From: Candidatus Collierbacteria bacterium
GTDB taxonomy: Bacteria > Patescibacteriota > Microgenomatia > UBA1400 > JACPES01
Assembly (NCBI GenBank): GCA_016219325.1
Contig: JACRNH010000002.1
Coordinates: forward strand, 3,862-67,861
Length of the DNA stretch: 64,000 bases
Direction: 5' to 3'
Made by a program: the position numbers and the translations under genes. Under the pieces are notes generated by a model that worked only from the letters and a program-made list of their open reading frames with translations, searched no databases and was not told where the DNA came from. Position 1 is the stretch's first letter. Every line of letters begins with the position of its first letter. Positions 40,383 to 49,746 of this stretch are shown one piece after another.

Positions 40383-41618
40383 GTGAAAATAAGTGATCTA
40401 ATTGCAAAAGAGCGTCGGCGCCAGCAGGAAACTTTAATGATGATTCCGTCGGAGAATTACACTTATCCCGAAGTTCGCCGCGCCGTCGGCTCGGTGCTGA
40501 TGCATAAATATTCCGAAGGATACGCCCACCGCAGATATTATCAGGGTAACGAAATTATCGATAAAATCGAAGATTTGGCAGTTGAGAACGCTAAAAAATT
40601 ATTTGGCGTTCCTTATGCCAACGTTCAGCCGTATTCCGGATCGCCGGCCAACGCCACGGTTTACTTCGCCCTGCTTCAGCCGGGAGATAAAATCATGGGT
40701 CTAAAATTATCCGGCGGCGGCCATCTGACTCACGGCCATCCCAACATCACTTTTTCAGGAAAATATTTTCAATCAACTCAATATGACGTCGAACCGGATG
40801 GCCGGATTGATTACGAAAAATTAGAAAAGTTAGCCAGGACTGAAAATCCGAAATTAATAGTGGCCGGAACTACCGCTTATCCGCGGATTTTAGACTGGAA
40901 AAAATTTGCCAAAATAGCCGATAGCGTCGGGGCGATTTTGATGGCGGATATTGCGCATATAGCCGGTTTGGTGGCGGGCGGTTCTCATCCTTCTCCGGTT
41001 TCATATGTTCATATTGTGACAACGACTACCCATAAAACTTTAAGAGGTCCGCGGGGAGCGATGATCATGATAACTGAAAAAGGTTTAAAACTGGACGAAA
41101 AAATGGGGGAGAAAATTGATAAGGCGATTTTCCCCGGATTGCAAGGTGGGCCGCATAATAATACCACTGCCGGAATTGCGATAACATTGGAAAAATCCAT
41201 GGGTAAAACTTTCGCATCGTATGCCAAGGCAATAGTTTCTAATGCCAAAGAGTTGGCTGATGAATTATTAAAATATGGATTTAATTTGGCGACAGGCGGA
41301 ACGGACAATCATTTAATGGTGGTTGATGTCCGGCCGTTTGGAATTGACGGCAAAACATTCGCGATTGCTTTAGAAAAAGCCGGAATTATAGTTAATTTTA
41401 ACACTATTCCTCATGATCCCAATCCTCCGTTTCGCCCCAGCGGTATCCGCTTGGGGACTCCGGCGGTAACTGCCAGAGGAATGGGAAAACCACAGATGAA
41501 GCAAATAGGAAAGTGGATTTTAGAAGTGGCCAAAAATTATTCTAATGAAAAAAAACTCAAGTCGATAAAGCTCCAAGTAAAGTCTTTGTGCAAAAAATTT
41601 CCGGTGGATTTGGCATAG
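40383..41618 (+). CDS. glyA: serine hydroxymethyltransferase
   Basis: IPSENY, KYSEGY, GGHLTHG, TTTTHKTLRGPRG, SGIRLGTP. Confidence 0.97.
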   Translation: MKISDLIAKERRRQQETLMMIPSENYTYPEVRRAVGSVLMHKYSEGYAHRRYYQGNEIIDKIEDLAVENAKKLFGVPYANVQPYSGSPANATVYFALLQPGDKIMGLKLSGGGHLTHGHPNITFSGKYFQSTQYDVEPDGRIDYEKLEKLARTENPKLIVAGTTAYPRILDWKKFAKIADSVGAILMADIAHIAGLVAGGSHPSPVSYVHIVTTTTHKTLRGPRGAMIMITEKGLKLDEKMGEKIDKAIFPGLQGGPHNNTTAGIAITLEKSMGKTFASYAKAIVSNAKELADELLKYGFNLATGGTDNHLMVVDVRPFGIDGKTFAIALEKAGIIVNFNTIPHDPNPPFRPSGIRLGTPAVTARGMGKPQMKQIGKWILEVAKNYSNEKKLKSIKLQVKSLCKKFPVDLA

Positions 41619-41619
41619 C

Positions 41620-42483
41620 ATGTTTATTATCGATGGTAAAAAATTAGCAGCGGAAAGAGAACAGCTTCTAAAAATTGAAGTCCAAAAATTAACCAAAAAG
41701 ATTGGCAGAAGACCAAGATTAGTGGCAGTCGAATTGTCCGATGACGAGGGAGGTAGGTTATATTTGAAATTAAAAAAGGCGGCAGCGGAGAGGGTGGGGA
41801 TAGAATTTGATGTTGTAAAAAGGCCTGGCCTTGCATGGCAAGGCCAGGCCTTATCAGACACTGACGGTATCTTCATTCAGCATCCTCGGGGTTACAATAA
41901 GCAAAAATGGCAGGAGCTGGTTGATCAAATTCCACCGGAAAAAGATGTTGATTGTTTGACCAGTGAAAATCTCCGATTGATAAAAGAAGGAAATCCAAGG
42001 TTTTTGCCGGCGACAGTGAAAGCCGTTTTATATTCTCTGGAACACGTTTTTCGTCTGGAAAGGCCTGGCCTTGCTTGGCAAGGCCAGGCCTTATCTGATG
42101 CTCTACGCGGGAAGAAAATCGTTATTCTGGGGCGAAGCCCCATTCTTGGATTACCGCTATTTTGGTGGTTGAAAAGCCTTGGCGTTAATGTGACGCTCTT
42201 TCATTCTCAATCGACGATTAGCGATTTACGATTAGCGGTTAGCGAGGCTGATATTTTAATTTCTTCCGTCGGTAAGCCCGGATTAGTCACCGGCAATATG
42301 GTTAAGAAAGGGGCAATTGTAATTGATTGCGGTTCGCCTTTGGGAGACGTAGTTTTCAGTGAAGTAGCTCCCAAAACCTCAGCTATAACCCCTGTTCCCG
42401 GCGGCGTTGGGCCGCTGACAGTGGTCAGTCTAATGGAAAATGTGGTACAATCCATAAATAACGCAGGCCGGGAAAGCTCCTGA
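41620..42483 (+). CDS. folD: methylenetetrahydrofolate dehydrogenase/cyclohydrolase with palindrome insertions
   Basis: IIDGKKLA, PEKDVD, GRS..LG.P, ITPVPGGVGPLTV. Confidence 0.92.
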   Translation: MFIIDGKKLAAEREQLLKIEVQKLTKKIGRRPRLVAVELSDDEGGRLYLKLKKAAAERVGIEFDVVKRPGLAWQGQALSDTDGIFIQHPRGYNKQKWQELVDQIPPEKDVDCLTSENLRLIKEGNPRFLPATVKAVLYSLEHVFRLERPGLAWQGQALSDALRGKKIVILGRSPILGLPLFWWLKSLGVNVTLFHSQSTISDLRLAVSEADILISSVGKPGLVTGNMVKKGAIVIDCGSPLGDVVFSEVAPKTSAITPVPGGVGPLTVVSLMENVVQSINNAGRESS

Positions 42484-42548
42484 TTTATTGAGTTCCCGAC
42501 TGTCCCGCGAAGCGGGATCCTGCTTTGCAGGAAGGATTAAGGAGCTAT

Positions 42549-43301
42549 ATGCCAAAAAAAGACGATAAGATTTCGATTGATGTTTCTTTGGAAGAATTAA
42601 TGGAGGCAGGGTGTCATTTTGGGCATCAGGCCCGCCGTTGGCATCCAAAAATGGCTCCATATATCTGGGGTCAAAAGGATGGCGTTCACATTTTTGATTT
42701 GGATAAAACCCGCCAGGCTATTTTAGAAGCCGTAGAGATGGTCAGGAAGCTTGCGTCGGAGGGAAAATCAATTATTTTCGTCGGGACCAAGAAACAGGCT
42801 TATCAGATTATTACTGAAGAAGCGGTTAGAGCCGGAATGCCGTTTGTGGCCAAACGCTGGTTGGGGGGAACTTTAACTAATTGGAAACAATTGAAATTAA
42901 GCATCAATAAATTGATTGATCTGAAGATGAAACGTGATGCTAAAGAGTTGGATAAATATACTAAGAAAGAAAGAATTTTAATTGATAAAGAAATTGATAA
43001 ATTGGAGAAATTTGTCGGCGGGCTGCAAAAATTAACAGGTTTGCCGGATGCCATTTTCGTTGTTGACATAAAAAGGGAAGAGTCGGCCGTCAGGGAAGCT
43101 TTCATATTAAATATTCCGGTGATTGCCATAGTCGATTCCAATTGCAATCCGGAAAAAATAACTAAAATAATTCCGGGTAATGACGATGCCATCAGAACTA
43201 TCAGATTAATTACTTCTAAAATTGCCGATGCAGTGCTGGAGGGAAAAATAAAAAACAATGAACAGAAAGCAAAGAGCAATGAAACAAAACTACAGTCATA
43301 A
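42549..43301 (+). CDS. rpsB: 30S ribosomal protein S2
   Basis: LMEAGCHFGH, RWLGGTLTN, IPGNDDAIR; AAGGAG upstream. Confidence 0.97.
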   Translation: MPKKDDKISIDVSLEELMEAGCHFGHQARRWHPKMAPYIWGQKDGVHIFDLDKTRQAILEAVEMVRKLASEGKSIIFVGTKKQAYQIITEEAVRAGMPFVAKRWLGGTLTNWKQLKLSINKLIDLKMKRDAKELDKYTKKERILIDKEIDKLEKFVGGLQKLTGLPDAIFVVDIKREESAVREAFILNIPVIAIVDSNCNPEKITKIIPGNDDAIRTIRLITSKIADAVLEGKIKNNEQKAKSNETKLQS

Positions 43302-43344
43302 CATTGTTTTCTGTTTTCTGCTCATTGTTAATTAATTTAATTAT

Positions 43345-43794
43345 ATGTTTTTATTAACTGATATTAAGAGGCTTCGTGAAGAGACAGGCGTTGGAGTGAT
43401 GGATGCCAGAAAAGCATTGGAAGAAAGTAAAGGTGATATCAGAAAAGCCGGAGAATGGCTCAAAAAGAATGCCGTAGCCAAGGCTTTAAAAAAGGCGGAC
43501 AGAACTACCGGAGACGGGGCGATTTTTTCTTACGTTCATCAGACGGGCAAGATTTCGGCAATGGTGAAATTGGGATGCGAAACAGATTTTGTGGCCAGAA
43601 CCGATGATTTTCAAAAGTTAGGAAAAGAATTGACAATGCAGATCGCCTCAATGAAGCCTAAAAATGTTGACGAACTTTACGATCAGGATTGGATCAGGGA
43701 TAACAAGAAAAAAATCAAACAGATAATTGATGAAGTAATTGCAAAAGTAGGGGAGAATATTAAAATACTAGAGATGGTGAGGATGAGTTTTTAG
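43345..43794 (+). CDS. tsf: elongation factor Ts (short form)
   Basis: IKRLREETGVGVMDARKAL, CETDFVART. Confidence 0.95.
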   Translation: MFLLTDIKRLREETGVGVMDARKALEESKGDIRKAGEWLKKNAVAKALKKADRTTGDGAIFSYVHQTGKISAMVKLGCETDFVARTDDFQKLGKELTMQIASMKPKNVDELYDQDWIRDNKKKIKQIIDEVIAKVGENIKILEMVRMSF

Positions 43795-43796
43795 CA

Positions 43797-43887
43797 AGCT
43801 CAAATCGCAAATCTCAAAGTGCAAAATCAAGCTAAAAGTTAAAAACTTTGAATTTTGAACTTGGAGTTGATATTTGAGTTTTGAGTT
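43797..43887. repeat. inverted heptamer pair (CTCAAAT / TTTGAGT)
   Basis: Fills the tsf-frr intergenic space. Confidence 0.7.
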
Positions 43888-43892
43888 AATTG

Positions 43893-44456
43893 ATGCTACA
43901 ACACATACTTCAACAAGTTGATCAAATATTCCAAGGCGTCTTGGAGGTTGTCAGAGATGATCTCTCTACCGTCAAGACCGGCCGGGCCAAACCTGACTTG
44001 GTTGCCAATCTTCAGATTGCGGTTCAAAGCTATGGATCAACCCTTAAGTTATTGGAACTTGCCAACATATCAGCTCCGGATTCACAAACACTATCAATTT
44101 CTCCTTGGGATAAAAACGTAATTGAGGATATCTCCCGCGGAATTTCCAAAAGCGATCTAAATTTAAACCCGGTGGTTGATGGCCAGACCATCAGGATTTC
44201 GATTCCGGTTTTAACCCAAGAAAGGCGGATTGAGCTGACTAAAATGGTGGATAAAAAAGTTGAAGGCGGAAAAGTTTTACTGCGGGAGGAAAGGCAGAGA
44301 ATAAAAAAAGAAATTGATGCCGGAAAAGGCAAGGCCGGAGTTTCGGAGGATGATATTTTTAAATCAATTGAAGAATTAGATAAAAAGACTAAAGAATGGG
44401 AAGTAAAAATTGACGAGTTGGGGAGCGCTAAAAAATCCGAATTGATGGCGGTATAA
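43893..44456 (+). CDS. frr: ribosome recycling factor
   Basis: KTGRA.P, ISPWDK, LNP..DG..IRI.IP.LTQERR. Confidence 0.95.
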   Translation: MLQHILQQVDQIFQGVLEVVRDDLSTVKTGRAKPDLVANLQIAVQSYGSTLKLLELANISAPDSQTLSISPWDKNVIEDISRGISKSDLNLNPVVDGQTIRISIPVLTQERRIELTKMVDKKVEGGKVLLREERQRIKKEIDAGKGKAGVSEDDIFKSIEELDKKTKEWEVKIDELGSAKKSELMAV

Positions 44457-44459
44457 ACT

Positions 44460-45491
44460 TCAAAGAGATCTGGTTATTTTCCTTAAATTCTCAATTCCCC
44501 AATTTATCCAATATTTCCAGTTTAACGGCATATCATGTGCGGGAAGATAAGCAAATTGCTTTCCGCCGAAACCGCGTTTGAACAATGACGGACCTGCAAA
44601 ACGATGTGTCAGGAGCTTTTCGTCGGTCACGTCCCCCCACAAATTGTAAGTCTTGCAGCCTCTCTTTTTTGCCTCCTGAATAATTTCCCATTGAATAGCG
44701 TACGCGGCTGGAATTTTTCTGGCTTCATCAGTTGAGGCAGCGTAGTGGTAGATAGCCTCGCCACGATAAAAAATAACAAAGGCGATGGAAGCTGGCTTAG
44801 AAAGGCCCAGCCTTGCTATTGCAGCAGGGCCGGGCCTTAATTGACTCACGAAAAATAGTTCGACAGAATCAGTCATATTAAATTCTCTAAACTGTTCCAG
44901 TAAATATTTCTTTGAAAATGGCACAAACCCTTCCCGTTTCGCAGTTTCCGCCTGTAGTTTAATAAAATCATCAATCAACTTTTCGTCCTGTGATTTCTCA
45001 ACTTTTATTCCCATCTTCAAAGATTTCTTAATTTCATATCTGGTGCTTTTTCTCATTTCAGATAACAACTGTTCGTCCGTTTTTGTCAAATCAATAACTC
45101 TGGTTAATTGGGCGTGGAGATGCATTGGAGCCGGCCGAAAATCCATCATCTGTAAAGTATCTGATACTTTACAAGTATCAGATACTTGGGGGCGGATTCT
45201 TATAAAAACGCATCTTTCTTTTACCGCGATTTCTTTCATTAGAGTTACTGCCTGTTTCCATTGTGGAACAGAAAAATAGTTTTTTAATAATGGTCCGCCG
45301 GGAACTGTTAAATGCCGGCCGCGTTTAGCCGGTTCGACAATAGCTTGAAACATTCCGTTGTTAAATTTAACCCTATAAACGGGCAGTCCTAATTTTTGAT
45401 GAAATTCTCCCCATGCCCAGGATTGCAGGAAGTTGCCATCGGGGTGATTACCTAATGATTTTCCCCATTTCGATTTAGTTATATCTGTCAT
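44460..45491 (-). CDS. FemABX-family peptidyltransferase
   Basis: FLQSWAWGEF, VPGGP, RYEIKKS, QWEII..AK, FKRGFGG. Confidence 0.9.
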   Translation of the reverse strand: MTDITKSKWGKSLGNHPDGNFLQSWAWGEFHQKLGLPVYRVKFNNGMFQAIVEPAKRGRHLTVPGGPLLKNYFSVPQWKQAVTLMKEIAVKERCVFIRIRPQVSDTCKVSDTLQMMDFRPAPMHLHAQLTRVIDLTKTDEQLLSEMRKSTRYEIKKSLKMGIKVEKSQDEKLIDDFIKLQAETAKREGFVPFSKKYLLEQFREFNMTDSVELFFVSQLRPGPAAIARLGLSKPASIAFVIFYRGEAIYHYAASTDEARKIPAAYAIQWEIIQEAKKRGCKTYNLWGDVTDEKLLTHRFAGPSLFKRGFGGKQFAYLPAHDMPLNWKYWINWGIENLRKITRSL

Positions 45492-45503
45492 TTTATATTA
45501 AAT

Positions 45504-45540
45504 AAGGCCCGGCCTTGCTGCAGCCGCAAGGCCGGGCCTT
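45504..45540. repeat. AAGGCCCGGCCTT double-palindrome element, intergenic
   Basis: AAGGCCCGGCCTTGC..GCAAGGCCGGGCCTT; family has 7 copies in the window. Confidence 0.85.
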
Positions 45541-46793
45541 TATTGATTAATCAGCTTTGCCAAGCATTCTGCTTTTTCATTTGAAATACTAATATGCGTC
45601 GGTAGATTGAAAATATGTTCCGAGAGATTTTCGGTGTTAGGGCAAGAGCCTGGTTGATATTTAACCTGAGAGTCGCTTACCCGCTCAGGGGAAACAGGTG
45701 CGTCGTACCAATGATCCATCAGATAAAAACCATGGCGGGTCAATTTTTTTTCTAACTCGTCCCTGTTTCCCACCCAAATCGGGTAGCGTAAATTAGAGCC
45801 GTTTTTTATGTCATCAATTATCACCAATTTAAACTTCCGGTTAAGAATCCGGCCGTAAGTTAAGGCAATATTCCGGCGGTGAACTATTATTTTGTCTAAT
45901 CTTACTAATTGATTGAATGTCAAAGCAGCCAGAGCGTTAGGCAGCGCGGTAGGCGTCGTCGGAGCGTCAACAGGAGAGTTCATTAGCCCAAAGAATTTTG
46001 CCAGCCAATGAATTACTTTTCCCACTCTAAACTTGCCAATCCCAATTTGATAAGTTGATCTTATTAACCAAGTACAGATAGGATAGAGGAGATGTTTTCC
46101 GATTTCTATTAAAATTAAATGATTCGAATCATTTAATTTTTCGGGCAATGGCAAAATTTTGCTGGCGATCAATGCTCCGCCGGAAACTCCATCAATCACT
46201 TTATCTTGGGAGAAAGAAAGAATGATAGCGTTAGCAGAAGCTATTAGTTGTTGGTTATTAGTTGTTGGTTTTGGCGTTGGGATAAAGAAATGAGCTAAGT
46301 CCTGAATTATAAAAATCTTGTGGTTCCGGCACCACTTAACTATTTCGTCATTCTCCCGGTTAATATATCCAAGAGTGTGTTGTAGAATTATGGCCTTAGT
46401 TTTAGAAGTGGCGGATTTTTTAATTTGCTCAAATGACGGATTGAGATTTTTGGTGTCAACATCAACATAAATAGGTGTTGCCCCCAAATCTAAAATCGGT
46501 TGCACCACTGCCACACAGGTAAAAGCTTGAACTATAACTTCGTCATCCTGTCCGATTCCGAGCTTCCGTAAGGCCTCATAAATTGCGTGCCGGCCTTTTA
46601 AAAATAGTTCCACTGTCATTCCGGGCTTGACCCGGAATCTATTTAAATAGATTCCCACCTTCGCGGGAATGACACTTTTCAGTGTCTCAAGCTCCTTCCC
46701 CTGTTTCCATTTCCACGGTTGAAATAACAATTTCAGAGCTAAAATTCTGTCTCCGGAAGTATAGTTTGATCCTAAGGAATTGGTGATGATCAT
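45540..46793 (-). CDS. DegT/DnrJ/EryC1/StrS PLP aminotransferase
   Basis: DEVIVQAFTCVAV, IQDLAH, SFSQDKVIDGVSGG, NLPTH. Confidence 0.9.
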   Translation of the reverse strand: MIITNSLGSNYTSGDRILALKLLFQPWKWKQGKELETLKSVIPAKVGIYLNRFRVKPGMTVELFLKGRHAIYEALRKLGIGQDDEVIVQAFTCVAVVQPILDLGATPIYVDVDTKNLNPSFEQIKKSATSKTKAIILQHTLGYINRENDEIVKWCRNHKIFIIQDLAHFFIPTPKPTTNNQQLIASANAIILSFSQDKVIDGVSGGALIASKILPLPEKLNDSNHLILIEIGKHLLYPICTWLIRSTYQIGIGKFRVGKVIHWLAKFFGLMNSPVDAPTTPTALPNALAALTFNQLVRLDKIIVHRRNIALTYGRILNRKFKLVIIDDIKNGSNLRYPIWVGNRDELEKKLTRHGFYLMDHWYDAPVSPERVSDSQVKYQPGSCPNTENLSEHIFNLPTHISISNEKAECLAKLINQ

Positions 46794-46827
46794 ATTGATA
46801 TCATAGCTAATTGATACAATTGGCGCT

Positions 46828-47646
46828 ATGAAGAAGCTGAAAATGAACTTGGAGTTATCCAATCTGGGTGAAAAAACACATATTTGGTTTCCATTGCCTC
46901 AATTAGTATGCGGAGAGCCTAAAGAGTGGTTAAATCCAATAGATTTTAAAATTGTAGCTGATAAAAAATTTGGAAACCAATCGGCATATTTTATTACAAA
47001 TGAACCCGGAATTAGAATTTCCGCCGCTTTCCTATTATCAGATAATAGGGAAAGCGGAAATAAAAACCCAAAAATATTTTTACAATCAAATCCCATGGTC
47101 CAGTCAGATTCCCCGGCAATCAAAAATATAGCCAAATATTTGTTTTCTGGAGTATCGGGCGATAATGGAAAAGCCAAAAAGTGTTTTGATTGGGTGATTG
47201 GATATTTGGAATACGCCAATCCCATAAGAGGGCTTTACTCGTCAATTCAGGCTTTGACAGATAGAAAAGTGGATTGCGGTGGGTTTTCCACACTGTTGGT
47301 GGCGTTATTGCGGGCGGCAAAAATTCCGGCAAGGTGCGTTTTCGGCTGGGCGGTTGAATCAAAATACGGCTATCACGCTTGGGCGGAATTTTTTGATAAA
47401 AAGAAACATTCCTGGATTCCGTGCGATCCGTCTGTGGCTCATTTAGGAAATAGGACAAAACTAGACGCTGGTTTTGGATTTATAAATGATAAAAGGGTTA
47501 TATTTTCAGTTGGTGAAGATTTGGAATTAACAGGGGATAATATTAAATGGAATATTCCGCTTCTACAGTCGCCGGTGGTGGTGCCACTTGACGATAACGG
47601 AATTCCAACAAAATTTTTTGAAAGGCTGATCTGGTCTGTGGTTTAA
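46828..47646 (+). CDS. transglutaminase-like domain protein
   Basis: DCGGFS.LLVALLRA..IPAR, HAWAE, W.PCDP catalytic triad. Confidence 0.88.
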   Translation: MKKLKMNLELSNLGEKTHIWFPLPQLVCGEPKEWLNPIDFKIVADKKFGNQSAYFITNEPGIRISAAFLLSDNRESGNKNPKIFLQSNPMVQSDSPAIKNIAKYLFSGVSGDNGKAKKCFDWVIGYLEYANPIRGLYSSIQALTDRKVDCGGFSTLLVALLRAAKIPARCVFGWAVESKYGYHAWAEFFDKKKHSWIPCDPSVAHLGNRTKLDAGFGFINDKRVIFSVGEDLELTGDNIKWNIPLLQSPVVVPLDDNGIPTKFFERLIWSVV

Positions 47647-47666
47647 AAAGGCCGGGCCTTATCAGA

Positions 47667-48974
47667 CTAAATAAATGGTTTTCGTTTTTTATCCCAGAAT
47701 TTTCCGCGGCGGCAAAGATTTTCAACATCAGATTTGTTTTTCAATAGAGCTTCAACCATAATTTCTAGAAAGATAGTATTTTGCGAACCCTTAACTAAAA
47801 TGATTTCATTCCCTGAAAGATTTTTTGTTAAATAATTTGCCGCCTCTCCGGCGGCAGAAAACCATTCGACCGGCAGTTTTGATTGTTGAATTGCCGGCAG
47901 AAAGTATTGTTTCATCAATGGACCGACAAGGATAATTTTGTCAGCTGATTTTATCGCAGTTTCCGCCACTTTTTTATGTTCGATTTCAGCCTGTGATCCG
48001 AGCTCTCTCATGTCCCCTAAAACAGCAATTTTAATTTTGCCCCCCCCAATATTTTTTAGCATCTCAAGACTTCCATTCATAGTTTTTCCCGAGGCGTTAT
48101 ATGAAGAATCAATAATTGTGGTGTTTTTAATTCCTTGAAAAATCCGGCCTCGGCCGGGGGGAAGATTAAAATTAGCGGTTAAAGCCTCTGAAATTTTTTT
48201 GACCGGCAAATCTAAAATCATTCCGACTGTTGCTGCCACTGCCATGGTTTCACTGTAATAATTGGGAAGAGCAAGATTTAGCAGATTTATGAAGTATGAT
48301 TTATGATTTATGAATAAAGAAATAGATGTTCCATCTAGGCTTGGAAGTATAGATTTAATAACAACGTCAGCGTTCTTCTTTCTTCCGAATGTCACAATGC
48401 GGGCTTCATCTACCGGTTTTAATGAAATAATTTCCGGTTGATCGGCATTCAAAATGGCGTATTGAAGATCCGGGTTTTGTGTCACCAGTTTTCCTTTCTC
48501 TTTGGCTATCGTTGCAACAGAGCCAAATTGTTGCGTATGAACAGGTAGGGCATTTAGAATTACCCCGATATCCGGATGTAGAATTGTCAATAAGTATTCC
48601 ATATTTTTTGGCAGGGTCGGTTCATCGATTCCCATTTCAACCAGATAGCAGTCAAATGCTGAATGCTGAATACTGAATACTGAATGCAATGCTTTAAGCG
48701 GAGCCAGAAGACAAATTTTTAGCCAGTCAAAAAATGAATAGTCGATAAAGTGCAAGCCGAGAATATCAGCCGGAATTCCGGATTCGGAATTGGCCTTTTC
48801 GGCGACTTTAAGATTTTTGAATTTTAGTCTTAACACCGGAGCGATAGCGTCTACGGCACTGGACTTTCCGGCAGAGCCGGTGACTCCGACTATGAATGGG
48901 CGGTTAATTTTTAATACTTGCCGCGCCCAAAACCTTAACCACCATAAAACCGGCCAGCGGAGAATGTTTTTCAT
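47667..48974 (-). CDS. murF: UDP-MurNAc-tripeptide--D-Ala-D-Ala ligase (Mur ligase)
   Basis: GVTGSAGKSS, VEMG, IDSSYNA, LGDMRELG, LVKGSQ. Confidence 0.88.
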   Translation of the reverse strand: MKNILRWPVLWWLRFWARQVLKINRPFIVGVTGSAGKSSAVDAIAPVLRLKFKNLKVAEKANSESGIPADILGLHFIDYSFFDWLKICLLAPLKALHSVFSIQHSAFDCYLVEMGIDEPTLPKNMEYLLTILHPDIGVILNALPVHTQQFGSVATIAKEKGKLVTQNPDLQYAILNADQPEIISLKPVDEARIVTFGRKKNADVVIKSILPSLDGTSISLFINHKSYFINLLNLALPNYYSETMAVAATVGMILDLPVKKISEALTANFNLPPGRGRIFQGIKNTTIIDSSYNASGKTMNGSLEMLKNIGGGKIKIAVLGDMRELGSQAEIEHKKVAETAIKSADKIILVGPLMKQYFLPAIQQSKLPVEWFSAAGEAANYLTKNLSGNEIILVKGSQNTIFLEIMVEALLKNKSDVENLCRRGKFWDKKRKPFI

Positions 48975-48982
48975 CGAATTTA

Positions 48983-49435
48983 TTATAGCTTGTTTAAAGG
49001 CTTGGTTTGGCGTAACCACTTCCAAAATTGCTTTGGCGAGAAAATTTTGATCGGTCTTAATGTCCTTTTTACTTTTGAAACTAGGATATGTTTTTTATCC
49101 AGCGATATCAGAATTGTCGCTCTTGAATGAACTACTCCGGCAAGCACGTGGGCGTCGCCAGGATCGTTAATCATAGGTATAAACTTCATGATCTTTTCTT
49201 CGCTTGGAGTATTAATGACTTGAATTGTTCTTGAAGACAGTAAGTTCTCGAAAGCTTGAGTTTGAATATTTACTTTACTTAAATTACTAGCTGCCTCACG
49301 GACAATTTTTTCGGTTGCGATTAACTTAATCTTCTTTTTGGCCCCGGCAGTCAGAAGTTTTCCTGATCCGCCGGTTGAAGAAATCAATCCGGATAGAATT
49401 ACGGAAGTGTCAAGGAAGACGGTTAATGATTTCAT
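48983..49435 (-). CDS. PIN-domain toxin
   Basis: VFLDTSVILSG, DPGDAHVL, LISLDKKH. Confidence 0.88.
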   Translation of the reverse strand: MKSLTVFLDTSVILSGLISSTGGSGKLLTAGAKKKIKLIATEKIVREAASNLSKVNIQTQAFENLLSSRTIQVINTPSEEKIMKFIPMINDPGDAHVLAGVVHSRATILISLDKKHILVSKVKRTLRPIKIFSPKQFWKWLRQTKPLNKL

Positions 49436-49670
49436 CTATTCGCGCTTGTTGTTTCGCGGTCAATTTATCATCATTAATCCATTGCTGTATCCGCTTGAGA
49501 TTAAAAGAACGAGGTTTTATTTCATTTATAGTTTTTTGACGAACCGGTTTTATTTCTGCCAGCGGACGGGAGCGATACAGAAGCAAAAGAGGCTGTCCAT
49601 TCTCCATAGCGTCTTTTACTTGAGAAAAATCTTCCCGCATTTGTTTGGTGGATATAGTTTGAATATTCAT
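49410..49670 (-). CDS. Phd/YefM-like antitoxin
   Basis: TISTKQMREDFSQV...G....LLYRSRPLAEIKP; overlaps the PIN gene. Confidence 0.75.
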   Translation of the reverse strand: MNIQTISTKQMREDFSQVKDAMENGQPLLLLYRSRPLAEIKPVRQKTINEIKPRSFNLKRIQQWINDDKLTAKQQARIDEIINRLP

Positions 49671-49746
49671 AGTAATTTATAGATTATCTTAAGATTATCT
49701 GAATGTCAATAGCGATTATTCTTGAATAGATGTTACAATCAACCGG

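Noticed and set aside
43794-43893. Loss of pyrH between tsf and frr caused by the repeat
   Set aside because: No pyrH remnant visible; absence is unremarkable in reduced genomes and causation cannot be shown
46828-47646. Transglutaminase-like gene as the RiPP leader peptidase
   Set aside because: Generic 272-aa transglutaminase-like protein, separated from the cassette by murF, a TA pair and rseP
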